From assembly GCA_905331295.1 (NCBI GenBank), contig CAJNYD010000019.1, positions 62,001 through 126,000 on the forward strand: a DNA stretch of 64,000 nucleotides. The letters are read 5' to 3'. Made by a program: the position numbers and the translations under genes. Of this stretch, positions 14,756-27,900 are shown piece by piece; position 1 is the stretch's first letter; every line of letters begins with the position of its first letter. This DNA is from Rotaria socialis (taxonomy: Eukaryota). The notes beneath the pieces were generated by a model. The model did no database searches and was not told where the DNA came from. It worked only from the letters and a program-made list of their open reading frames with translations.

Positions 14756-14992
14756 TTTTCATGTGATAATAATCTCACTTTCTTTTTTTCGATATATTAT
14801 TTTAATTTACGCCATCTTTCTGCTTTCAATAGATGGCGCTGTCCTCTGGTTTCTTTTTTTTCTCGTCTTCTATAATGTTACATTATTACTTAGTTAAATA
14901 AAAGAAAAAGGGAGGCGTAACGATAGTAAAAATTCTTCTGATGAATACTGAGTTTTACATTAAGAAAGTTTTTTTATTTCTAAACTTCAACT

Positions 14993-17900
14993 ATGGAACT
15001 ATTAGCTATTCATCAAAAATCCAAAGATGGTGACGATAATCAAGGACCATCGTTAACATCACAAATTCGCGATGAAAGAATATTAGCTAGACGTATCCGT
15101 GTTGATCAACGTATTGCACAGAAGAAACGGTGATTGTTTACTTTTGATAATGTTGTCCATGATAATGAGAAAATTTATTATAGTAAAACACTTGGTATCG
15201 TATCACCAGTTGAAGATGAACATAGGGATGAAGCAAGTTTAGCTAAAGACCAAATAGAACAATCACGACAACGTCTAGTTAAACTCGAAGAAGATGGTTT
15301 AGAATTCGTATGAATTATCTAGAATTGATTTGAGATGATAAAAAGAAAAACATATTCTTATCTATTAGGTAACAAATATACGAGTTGGTCAAGATTTATT
15401 GGAACATCAACATCGATTAGAAGAAGAAGAAGCAACAAGAAAAAGAAATGAACGTTTAGAACAAGATACAAAATCATCAAAAGAAAAATTTGATGAAGTA
15501 AAATACATTTAATAGCTAACAAACAGAATGTTCTTATTATTTTGATTTTTCACAATAGATTATTCGAAATTGGGAAGGTGCTCGAACAAAAGAGCTTCCG
15601 AGAGAATTACACGAGGTAAAAAAATGTTTTATTTGATTATATCAATATTTTTCTATATTTAGTTATTGATGGCACAAAAACATGCATGTGGTACAATGCT
15701 TGAAGAAAAGAATAAATTGATTGGAGAATTAGAAAAGGTTTGACTATTAATATTAAGTTTACAACTGCATTATTTTATTTATTAGAGTAAAAAAAAATGG
15801 AAAAAATTAGATAATGAGTAAACACACATAGAATGGTTGTATAAAATGTACCCAGTTATTCTTATAAACAAAATGCAATGTTTTCTAGAAAGTCTTTTAT
15901 TATTATATTGTCATAAATACTAAAATAGCGAATTGCCAGTAAACAATCTACTGAGATGCTAATTACAACAGAATCAAGATGTCGACTAAGTTAGAATATC
16001 TTGTTTCTCATTCTGATGTGTTTTGATATACCCTTTTTGACACAATCATGCAAAAGCTCCGAGAATATTGATGACTCTGGAGATTAAGTGTAACATTTTT
16101 TGGTGGCACTGAATGAATTAAGAAGATCAAGCAATTCTTTGAGAACCATGTGACAGAAAAAGAAAAAACGACGATAACACTAATAGTTAATTTCGGAAAA
16201 GCAAAACTGTCTCAAAATTAAAAAATCTTTATCACCTAGTTACTCATTGAGAAGATTCCTATTGAATTTCCACGCCCAATTTCACCAAATATAATATACT
16301 TGTGATGATATTGATAGATGTTTGATTCAACTCTCATTGTCATTGAACCGTTATTTAAAGTAAATAGTAATTATTCCGACAATTGAAAAACTTCTACATG
16401 CGTTTGACACATAGATAAAATATACTCTCAAATTCTTGTTTGTAGGACTTAAAAAATAAAGATGATTATTATGTGAAAATGTTACGAAAATTCGACGAGA
16501 ATATCAAACTACTTGTTGAACGTATGAATGAACAAGTTAAAAGTCGTCGAATGTATTATGCACGTGAACTTCATTCGATTGAAGAAGCATTTATTAAAGA
16601 ACGTCAAGAATTATTAGATAAATACAATCGTGAATGGGGAGACAAATTAGATGAACGACGTTCGAAAGAAGTAAAAGAACTTTGTTTTGTTCCGTTTTTT
16701 TAAATAAGATATTGTTTTTCATTTAGGAACAATTCGTTGTAGCACGTTTTGAACGTCATGATACATTTGAACGTGAATTACAACGTTTACGTATAAAACA
16801 AGCTGAAGAATTTAATGCAACAAAAGTTAAATTAGAAAATCAAGTTCAAGAACAACAACGTAAAATCGAAGAAATGAAAGCTATTTATCAATTAAGTCAG
16901 GAAAAATATGAATACAATTATAAAGTATTGAAAAAACGTGACGAAGAAAATTTACTAACAATTGGTGTACAAAAAAATCGTAAAATTAAATTAAACGATT
17001 TATTAACTCATCTTAATCGAAAATTAACACAGAAAGAGAAACAATATAAAACTGAAAGTATTCAAGCAGCTGAAGAATACAAGAGAACATTAGGAAATAT
17101 TCAAGAAATTAAACGAAAAGCGAAGTAAGTGTTTGTTTAAGTGATGAAATAAATTGAAGAGAAAAGAAGTTATTTTCAAACTCATGAAATTCTGAGTGAT
17201 GATTGCGATGTTGATAATTGTTCTCTTTCAAAATAGTGTTTTAATCAAACGAAAATTTGAAGTTTACTCTTAAAGACTAATGTCTACTTTTGGGAACATC
17301 GTTCAATGATTTCTGATTTATTCTATTCTCATTACGCCACTAGTTTGAATGAATGAATGAATGAATACGTTTTCCTTTTTTTTAAGGAAGTATTCATATA
17401 ATTTTCAATAACATATTTAACAATGCGATGAAAGGATCCCTAATTGTTGAGGAAGTGTCTATATCGTTATATTAATAATAACATCGAATAGTAGAGAATT
17501 ACAAAATATTGGGTATATATATATATAGTATATGACTAAGAATTTACTAACTAGTAGATATACGCCGAATCGAAGTGGTCAGGCTTTGTTTTTTACTGCA
17601 GTTACTTTCGATGAATTGACAAAAGTACGTTAAGATACAGGCGCTGCAGTTGTAGCTATTTTGGATTCATGCATAGTAAAATAAATGATATACGAGCCCG
17701 ACTTAAATGAATTTTTGCACCAGTCATGTAGCACCAGAAACTTTAAGATTATTATTCAATATTATCTGAATTGGTTGGATAGTTTGCAAATCTGATTTCA
17801 GGTTGATTGCAAACCCGATCACATACCCGCTAACTTTGTGCAACTTCAAATTTCTTAATCATTTTTTCTTTGAACTATTTCTTAAAAACTCAATCTAAAT

Positions 17901-19176
17901 TATGAAGAAATTCATCAGATGTCATTTGTTTTCTCATTGTTTAGACATTTCTTAACAGCTGATATGGAAAAGTTTCACGAATTATGGATAATGAATGAAG
18001 AGCGTTGTAAAGAAATGGCACAAAAGTTACTTGATGCTGATAGGATTATATTCGAACAACAGCTTGGCCTTAATTGGGTACCACCTGAACTTGATTTTAT
18101 GAATAATATCGGTCCCATTGATGCAACGAGAATGCCTAAACCATCGATTGATGTTGTTCGAGAAATTTTAACTGATCAATACACTGATGATACCGTTAAA
18201 CAGACAACTAGTCACTTATCAAATACATCAATGAAGAATATACTCGAATTAATCTGTGACGAAGGCGTACGTTAAATATCGCTAAAGAATTTTCTTTTCT
18301 CAACTTATGAAATTATTTTCTTTTGTCAAGGATTTTCTTATTGAACCAAAACTATTGGCATTACTTGAACCATTAGACAGCAATGAAAAAAATTTAATTA
18401 AATTGGATGGTATTTTCCGTGCATTAAAAATTGAAAATGAAGAAGATATTAAAATCATGGCACAATATTTTATTGATTATATTCAACAAAAGAACGGAGA
18501 ACGAACAAAAGTTTATGTTTCAAGTGGTGCTGGCCCAGAAACAGAAGACGGAGCAGAAGTAAAATCATTTATTTAAGAACAAATTAATAGCAACCCTAAT
18601 TGCCTGCTTGTTGTTTTAGACAGATAATGAACACATCACAGATGCTGGTGATAGTCATGTTGAATTAATTCATCCAAATCATGCACTCAAAGCATTAAGA
18701 GAATTTCTTGAAGAATATCGAGGCCAACGAAAGTATGTTTATGTGATATAATTTTCATGCTAATCTTCATCTATTACAATTAGAGCTACTTCACAAGTTG
18801 CATATCAAGTGGCAACACTTGATGATCGTGATGATTCGCTAGATAAAGAATATTGGTCGAAATATCCAAATGTTGTAGATGACAAACGAGAACATCTATG
18901 GGATGCACTTCTGTCCGGCCTTCAAAAATATCAGTGAGTCTCTATTCTTTAGTTAATACTATTCGATATGTGATGAATTTTAGTTCAATATTGACGGCAC
19001 GTGCAAAACTGATGGATGAAAATAATTCTCTAGCAAAACAAAATGACGAGTTACGTTTGCTTCTTTCGAAATACATGCAATCGAAAGTCAATCAAGAATT
19101 ACAAATACCGCCATCACAAATTATTCAATTACAACTTGCTGAACAATCAGCAGGAAATAATTCTGGTGTCTTTTAA
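14993..19176 (+). CDS. DRC1: Dynein regulatory complex subunit 1 (CCDC164), multi-exon
   Basis: N-terminus PSLTSQIRDERILARRIRV; MKAIYQLSQEKYEYNYKVLKKRDEEN; LLDADRIIFEQQLGLNW; C-terminus QNDELRLLLSKYMQSKVNQELQIPPSQ; GT-AG junctions in frame where checked. Confidence 0.9.
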
Positions 19177-20869
19177 GATTTTTGTGAAAAAAACTATCGA
19201 CTTTTTTTTCTCGAGGATGCACTACATTATTTTTTTTTCTTGTTGATGAACAGATTTTAAACAAAATATCTGAAAATATAATAAATATATAATTTGAGTG
19301 TGAATAGTTTATCATGAAATCTAATCGATTGAAACAAAACACAGTATAAACACATTCAGCAAAGTATATAGTGACCTTATTCGCACGCATACATTCTCGC
19401 TTACAGAAAAAAAAAGAAATCTTGTACGAAAAAACCTATAGATATATGATACATAGGATATTAATAGTATTCTATTTGATAAAAAAGATATTTCTGATGA
19501 AGATTAATATCAATCTATTGGTAAAATATCAATAAGAATTAAGAGTAAGTAAATGTATATTGACACAATAGACTTCATTGAAAACTGAAACTCTGAGCAA
19601 GTTCAAATAATTCCCATGACGACTAACTATGAAGTTGATGTCCAGTGACAATCGTTGTAGAAATTATTTATGTAGATTCAAAGCAATAGAATATATCATG
19701 AACAATTAATTTTATTAGTTATAATAGAGATTGAGAAAAACATATATAAAATAAAATAGCATTGAAACTAACTATATATTTAATTACAGTAAAAAAACAA
19801 TAACAAATCACATATGATTATTACTATCAAATCTTCTAATGATGGTAGATCATTTTCATGAAAAAATCGTTTGCTTCATGTATCTCTGGATGCTATTGAA
19901 TCATTGCGTTCACGTGCTTCACTAGTTCGATTCCCTGGTTGCTCTTCATCATTGAATAAAATGCAATAAGCAACACCATCAAATGCACCAATACCAACTG
20001 AATTATTGAATATTAGTCGTCAAACTTCAATTGTTTGCTATACAAACAAAATGCTTAAGAAAATATTTATCTTAAGAAAAGAAAACATTACATTATTATT
20101 TATAATAGCACCTACAACGTATGATCCAACGAAGCCTGGTATTGTACCCAAAGAATTCGTAATATCCACTAATGTACCTGTTAGCAAAAAAGAGCAAGAG
20201 CTCAAATTAAATATAAGTAGAGTATGTTTCATGTTTACCAGCATAATTTCATGCAACATCAAGATGAGAAATGAATGCACCAGATGAATATAAACCAAGA
20301 AAACCAATAGATAAAATACAACAAACAACTGCACCTGTAAGATTACATCCTATATAACCGATATCAATCAAAAATGAACATGTACCCAGAGTAGCTTATT
20401 ATGAAAATGAAATAGTTTCTTGTTATATTTTCTTAATAGGGTTTCTTTACGAAGAATAGTTTGTAGTTTTCGAAGTGTTGTAATTGATGCAATATTTCGT
20501 GCTCGAATACGATCTGTAATAGATCCAAATATAAGTGTCATCAAAAATTGTTCAACATATGGTAGAGCGAAAATGAAACCATTCTATAGATTATCAAAGA
20601 TATACGTATGTAAATATGATTTCTCTTTAGACAGTTAAACTTCCTATAACCTGTCGTAAATTAAAATTAAGTATAGTAGCGAAATAAGTTGGTAATGATG
20701 TTAGTAAAGTATAAAAAATATCATTATTACAAACATGCAGTATAGCAATACCATATACAGGCGGACAACGAATTATATGTTTTCATGGTGTTTTGTTATG
20801 CTTAAATAGATTAAGAAAAAAAACCTATTAGAGAAATCTTGAGGGGATATCAAAACACAAAACATAGTA

Positions 20870-21191
20870 CAGCTCCCTAGTCGAACTTTTTTTTTATTCA
20901 TGCGCTTGCCAATACTTGAGCTCAAGATGTGTCCGTAGTGCATGACTTTCTTGGTCAAGACAAGCGCTTCAATGTTTGCATGAGCTACAAAAAAATGTAA
21001 ATATAAATTTTTATTAGAAATTGAGTTATTTTGAACGTAAAATTGAAAAAAATCTTTAATAACAGAAACGCTTAGATAAAAATTCAAGCGCATGAGCAAA
21101 AAGTTTAAGAACTTGAGCTCACCGAAAGGTCTCATGTCTTGCCTCAAGAATTCCATGCGCTTGCAACAAAAAAAACGTTCGACTAGGGCTG
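20870..21191. mobile_element. MITE in an SLC17 intron
   Basis: Inverted termini cagc(t)ccctagtcgaac / gttcgactagggctg; internal repeated catgcgcttg and ttgagctca motifs; no TSD visible. Confidence 0.6.
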
Positions 21192-22752
21192 CTTTTGCTA
21201 ATCAAAAAACGAGATACTTATAGTATGCCCAGTTCGGGACACATTTCCTATACTTAATAACTTAGAAATGTAATAAACAAGAAGCTCACAGATTTGAAAG
21301 AAACAATATTGATATATGATCTGTCATAGGATATCAATAGCATCTGCCTTAGTTTTTTTTAATAAGTCAATGTTAGGATGCTTTGGGGGATTCAATATCT
21401 ATTTCTATATTTTAAGAGACATTTTGGGTTGAATGGCACAAAAACAACAATATCAATAAAAATTATTTTGTTATCGATACTTTGTGATTATGTGATGAAA
21501 TTTATTTTTTAAGGAAACGACATTCTTCATTTGATATACGAGGATGTTGATCTGGAGAATTATAACCAAATCGACACCAACCAGTAAACCATAGACAAGA
21601 AAGCATGCCTAAAAATCAAAAAATATAAATATCGATAGATATATTAATGATTTTGAAATTAAAATTTGTACCAAAAACATAGAATGCTGATGGCCATCCG
21701 CCAAGAAAATATTCTTCAATCGTAATACTCATCAATGGCGTAGTAATAATAATTCCAAAATTTGAACCCGCTTGTGATAGCGGCGGAACTGTACTACGTT
21801 CCGACAGTGGAATCTGTTGAGAAAAACAAAAGAATAAATTTGTCTTTCAATATGTACTCATTAGTCGTACCCATTTCCCCCAGAACAGCTGCTGATGGAG
21901 ATCCTGGTCCAGTAACAATACCAGTTAGAATTCGTATTCCAATCAATAATCCAACATGAGTACGAGATGCTAATAGTATAATATACTTGCTGTAAATATA
22001 CATCCACGATAGATCCATTTCGCACCAAATTTTTCTGCTAAATTACCTTTATGAAACCGAAAACATTTTGTGAAGTTCATATTGAAATAGAAATTACCTC
22101 CTATTCTATACCAAACCAAATAATCGATAAACAATAAATTATTTTATAGAAAAACAAATGATAAATGTATTTGAATAATCGTCTTACAGTTGCATTGTAA
22201 TATAGCCATAGAAAAATGATCCAAGAACGATACCTTGAGTTTTTGGACTCCAATTGAATTCATATTGTTAGTGAAAAGAATAAATGATTTATGTATACAA
22301 TAATTCCGAAACAAATAGATCCTATAGGCTGTAGTCAAAATTAGAGTTTAGTCTTCGATTCTAGTAAAGGTGAACATTTCATCGAATTAAGTTAAATCTC
22401 GCTTAGATATATAATTCAAAACAAAATACTTCAATTTCTTCTAGTCAACATCAGAACTTTAATAATGACCACAGAGTACATAGATATGTACCGGTGTAGT
22501 TTCTGTAGAATTTTTATATAAGGGTAGACATGATTTGATTGATTGGTTTAAAGAGCCTTGTGGTGCTACCTAAAGAAAGAACTCAAATTCTATTAAGTTA
22601 TATTATCAATAAACGACCCATGGCGACAACAGCTGCTGATAAATTAACTCACATAGCATATCGACAAAAGAAGCCCATATGGCAATAACATACCGTGCCG
22701 GTACATTTGCACATTTGATGTTGCTTGTTACAGGTAGTGTGCTAATAATTTC

Positions 22753-23484
22753 GGTTGGCCGTCATAATATCGAAAGGAAAAATGTCGAAAGTAGAAATGC
22801 CGAAAGAAGGAAGAGGAATAATATCGAAAGGACAAATATCGAAAGGAAAAATGCCGAAAGGAAAAATGTCGAAAGAAAAAAATATCGAAAGGAAAAATGT
22901 CGAAAAAATTATATTGACATGAAACATTGCCAGTTAATATTTTAGAGAATCGTAAATAATATAGTGTATGTTTTGTTGTATGAAATTAAGCTGAAATGTT
23001 AAGGGTGAGAAAATTTTTTAAAAATATGTTATTTTTTCACGAGCTTCACGAACCTCAAGTTTTTCTTTTCCTGGAAGATGACTATGATTGCAAACAGTTT
23101 TCATCAATCGATTATTTGAATCAGAATGCGCTTTAGCTGCACAATAATTAATAGTGCATATCCAATACTTAGTATTTGTTGTTACTTTATTCAACTCCTT
23201 TATTTTACTTGTATCAATAGTTAGTCATCGCTATCAACAGCGGCTAAAATTCTGCACTAGTAAAATTATAAGAAAAAACAATGAACTATATGCAATTAGA
23301 ACCAACATACGCTTGAGGCATCATTATTTTTTTATTTTTCACTTTCGACATTTTTCCACATTAATATGTACGTTTCGACATTTTTCCTTTCGGCATTTTT
23401 CCTTTCGACATTTTTCCTTTCGATGTTTTTTCTTCACTTTTTCTGTTTTCGACATTTTTCCTTTCGACATTTTTCCAGCACACC
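22753..23484. mobile_element. Non-autonomous TIR element with subterminal 15-bp tandem arrays, inserted in SLC17 exon 1
   Basis: Array of tcgaaaggaaaaatg units at left and its reverse complement at right; GG.../...CC termini; exact 8-bp TSD ataatttc (22745-22752, 23485-23492). Excision restores EPLLDEIISTLPV. Confidence 0.9.
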
Positions 23485-24955
23485 ATAATTTCATCTAGCA
23501 GTGGTTCAGTTTCTGATTCCTTTTTATCTGTTGAATCTAGTGTCTCAGATGCTTCATTCACAGTATTTATAGATACTGACTCCTGTTGTTGTTCATGTGT
23601 TGTTATCAATCTTAACAATTTTTCATCCCCATCATCTTTAACATGTGAATGAATACTTGAATGTCTTTCACACATTGTTTCTCACGTTCTATATTCGTAT
23701 ATACTAAGTAAATCGATGATAATTATTTAAAAACATTTTAAACAAGCTCTATTTACAGCAACAATGTCAAACACATGAAATCACCGGGCAAAGATACAGT
23801 TTATATCTTATTATGCACAACTGCTCTTTTCTTCTTTTATCTCTTTGCTACTTTCGTAGGTTTCATTTGAATAAGGTGACCGTGATAGATAGATAAAATA
23901 GTTTTTCCTTTCTTTTTTTTGCAAGTTCTAATTCTACAATTATCCTATCGAAAAATGTCTGTTCGATTTTGACAGAAAATTGTTTAAGAAATAGAATTTT
24001 ATGCTTTCATCGCAACAACCTCTTGTTTCAACATACATTTATCGCTAAAATAATTAATAGTTAAAACGACAAAATTGAATCGAAATTTTCAGCCTTTTCA
24101 ACCATTTCTACATGAGGTTTAAGAACTGTCGTACTCAGCGAAAACAAAATTTTTATTTTTAGATGTACTTTTATCAAGTAGCAGCAAGTTTTATTAATTA
24201 ATAATGAAAATAGAATTGCTTTATTATTGTATGCTTAGAAAATTTTTCATATATTTATTGTATCAATATATTCTTAGCTAGATGCATTCGAATATTTGTA
24301 TAAACTGTTAAATATTTTGCAGCCGAAAAAATAACAACTGTGCAATGCTCGTACCGCTTGTTGACACTTGAAAATCTACTATGGCTTGAAAAGGTGCAGT
24401 CTTCTGTGTACTTATTCATTTTCGTACATAAGGAAAGTCGTAAACGAAAGAATGGAAAAATAACTTTTACACTATTTCTCCTTGGTGAGATCTTCTGTGC
24501 GCATCCTGATTGGTTAAAAAATTGCCATACTGATATTCTTCAAGTTCCTCAACAGATGAAATCTTATATAAGTAACTATTAATAAATATATATTTATTTC
24601 TTGGTTTTCGTCAAAAAAAAACGTTTCTTCAACTCTTTATCAATATTTCGAATCAAAATGCATACGCGTGTCACAGAGAAATTTCATTCTCTTCTGCTAT
24701 TGCTCATCTATGATAAACGAACTTAAACACTTTTCTCTTTCTCGACTTTGTTCTTCGTAACAAATTTTTTCTAATCAATTACATATCATTAATTATTTGC
24801 ATTGAAAATTCTTCCTATTTTTGTCTATTAATATATCTATAGATTTTGATTTTTACAGATCGGTAACGTACGTGAGTTGTTTAAATGAGAGTGTGTGCGT
24901 AAATAAACATAGGAAAACGAAGGGAAACAAGCATTCGGAATAAAAAAGATAGATC

Positions 24956-27900
24956 ATGATTGATTGGATAACTATTGCAGTTGCTTTAGCAATAATTGCT
25001 GCATTAGTTGGTTTTTTTGGCTTCGTGGCATGGAAAATTAACATGCCTGATCCATTGGGGTCAACTAATTTAACGGGAAAAAAAGATGATATCAATCAAC
25101 TATTTGATTCAATTGGGGACAAGAAAAAGAAAGATAAATCAGCTAGTGAACAAGCAAAGAAGAAACGTAAAGAACAAAAAAAATTAAAACGTGAGAATAA
25201 GGAAGAAGATCATCAACGGCACGTAGTGAAGTTTAAGGAACCAAATGAAGAAAGTGATAATGAAAGAGAAGAGAGTGACCAAGTAAGTTAGAATTTTAGA
25301 TAGCAAATATTAAAATATCTGACTAATTTATTTTTGAAATTGTTTTTAGGAATCTTCTTCACCACTACCACCAACTATTCAACTATCATCAAAACCTCGT
25401 AAACGCAATAAAAAGAAGACATCATCACCAACTCATATTGAAGGTATTCTTATTAATAAGGGTGAAAAAAGTCCAGTTACAAGTCAAGCTGCACATATTG
25501 CGCATCCATTATTAGCAACTACAATACCTAAGGATGAAGTAGAATTAGCTAAGCAACATGGCAAAGGTCATATGAAATCACCTCAACAATCAAATAAACA
25601 AGTAGTACAAGCAACACCTCCTGCTGCATCAGCTAAAAAACCAACAGCATCATCATCATCAACAAATGTTAATCAAGATGTTCAAAAGCAGCAGCAGCAA
25701 CAAGAACAACCATTTACTACAGTTGTTAATAATCGACATAAGACTGTAACACCACCATTACAACAACAACAACAACAACAACAGCAAAATAAATTCGTCA
25801 ATACATCATCGGCAACAACAACAACAGTAGCACCTATTACTACTACTACTACTACTACTGTATCTGCCCCAGCAGTTCAACAGGCAGCTCCAGTTCCAGC
25901 TCAACATGAGCAGTTACCTCAACGTTCAACACCTCGTCAACAAGAGGCACCGGCTCGAGTCAATGGTTTAAATACAAATCTATCAACTGTAAAACAACCA
26001 GTTGCTGCTCCACTGACAAAACTTGCAGATATTGTTAAAAGTAAAATGTCGTATTTACTCTTTTATTTGTATTGATTAAAGTTGACTTTTTTTTCTAGCT
26101 CTTCCAACATCACAAACTGTTGTTACTGAGCTTATGTTAGCACTTGATGCAGTTACTTTATCAACTGATGAACTTGATATAATCATGCATAAAATTGCTA
26201 ATAAACAAGCTGTTATCAAAAAAGATTGGACTAAAGTATTTACTGAAGCAACATTCTTTTCTTTTTTTTAATCATATTAATTAATATTTTAGTTACAACA
26301 TGGTCAAAAAGTTGATCCTCAAGCACATATTGGTCAAATCTTATATGAATCTGCTAGAGCAGTCGAAGAAGGTATTGATTATCTTCTTTTTTTGTTTTAA
26401 ATAAAAAAGAAAATCTAATTCTTTATTGAAGATTTGAAAACCAATGCTATGAAACGCGTACAAGAATTAACTGATGAACGTAGCAATGATAAACGTCTCA
26501 TAAATGAATTATTGAAAGAGAAAAATGAGAAAGAAATAAATATGCAAGTGCTACATGCTCAATTAAATGCATGTCAACATCCACAACAACAAATTCATAA
26601 ATATGAAGCGGAATATCAAAGACTTACAGAGGAAAATATGCAACTAAAACAACGATTAACGCATCAACAACAACATTTTCAACAGCAACAACAGCAATAT
26701 TCATCATTAAATATAATGAACAATAATGGCGATGCAACAAATATTCAACTTCGTGTATTAAGTGAACAAACAAAAAAGTTGTCTGTTGATAATGCAAATT
26801 TAGAAAAGCAAACCAATGCAAAAGACCAATTAATCAAAGAAGTACAAAAAGAAAAAGATGATTTACTTCGGTAAGATAAGATGATTATTTTAAAATTATT
26901 TATTTCAGCGACTGAGATTTGTGTTAGCCCATTGATATTTTTTCCTCGCTAATCATTTTTATTTTATTTGGAAAACGCGTTTATTCAATCGCAACTTATT
27001 TAGTTATCAGTCCTTTACTGAATTTTTACCCTTTGAGCATAAAATTACTTTAAATATGTATTATTGAAGGTCGAATTTGAGAAATACTATCTTAGTCAAG
27101 ATATCAACTCCTAATGCGAATATAATTTATCTGATTTTTCAGCACCAAAAATTTATTATTTAAGTGTAAAATGTTGGCTAGAATAATTTAATTTTCATTC
27201 AAACCATAGGATAGGTATTCTTCAATGATTTGAATTCGCAGAGATTCTATACTCCTATGACCGAAATCAAATCATGATTTCTTAATAGCCATCATGATCG
27301 ACTGAATGTCTTCAATATTTTCACACAATTACACATTTGGGAATATTTTTATGTAGAAGAGGCTTTTTTTTGTTGATATACTTGATATCAATACTCTTTA
27401 TGGTTAAAAGCATTCTAATACCATTGGCATAAAGGTGCCCACGAGATTAGACATAAAATCAGATCTTATGAAATCTTATTTGTATTCTACGAAATTGAGA
27501 AGAATACTGTAGAAAAGTAACTGACACAGCCATAATAGAGATCGCAAGTGTTGAAATTCAGTACCAATTTATTGAGTTTAGATCAAAAATCGTCCATGCA
27601 TATCTTATTCATGGGCATGACTCATTCACCTACGAAGATGTGATTCGTACGAAGAAATAAAAGACTTTGAACTCGAAAATAAATTGCACCATCGAGCGTA
27701 TACCAGATTTCTGGGATCAGTCGCATTGTTGACTCTGCCAAACAGCTTTCCATCGAGTTCATTTGACAGAATGAATATCAATAGAAAAATTAATTTTCTC
27801 TTTTAATTATCATTAGTTTCATGTTTTTTTTATATTTCAAATTAATTTTTAAAATTTTAGTTCAAATCAACAATTACTACAAAAAGTGCAAGAAGCTCAA

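Larger units (their letters stand above)
19876..23675 (-). pseudogene. SLC17 (sialin/VGLUT-type MFS anion transporter) pseudogene
   Basis: Motifs ARYVIAIW...YAM*VNLSAAVVAM, FNWSPKTQGIVLGSFFYGY, PLSERST, GGWPSAFYVFG, TLLTSLPTYF, ITNSLGTIPG, EEQP. Frameshift just before a TGA at 22651-22649, a second TGA at 20022-20020, and a transposon in exon 1. Confidence 0.88.

Noticed and set aside
22679..23498. ORFs 22679..22945, 22742..22927 and 23154..23498 with ERKN/FDIFP/FRHF repeats; superficially CRISPR-like array
   Set aside because: They are translations of the 15-bp tandem arrays of the inserted transposon; no unique spacers, no cas genes, eukaryotic context.
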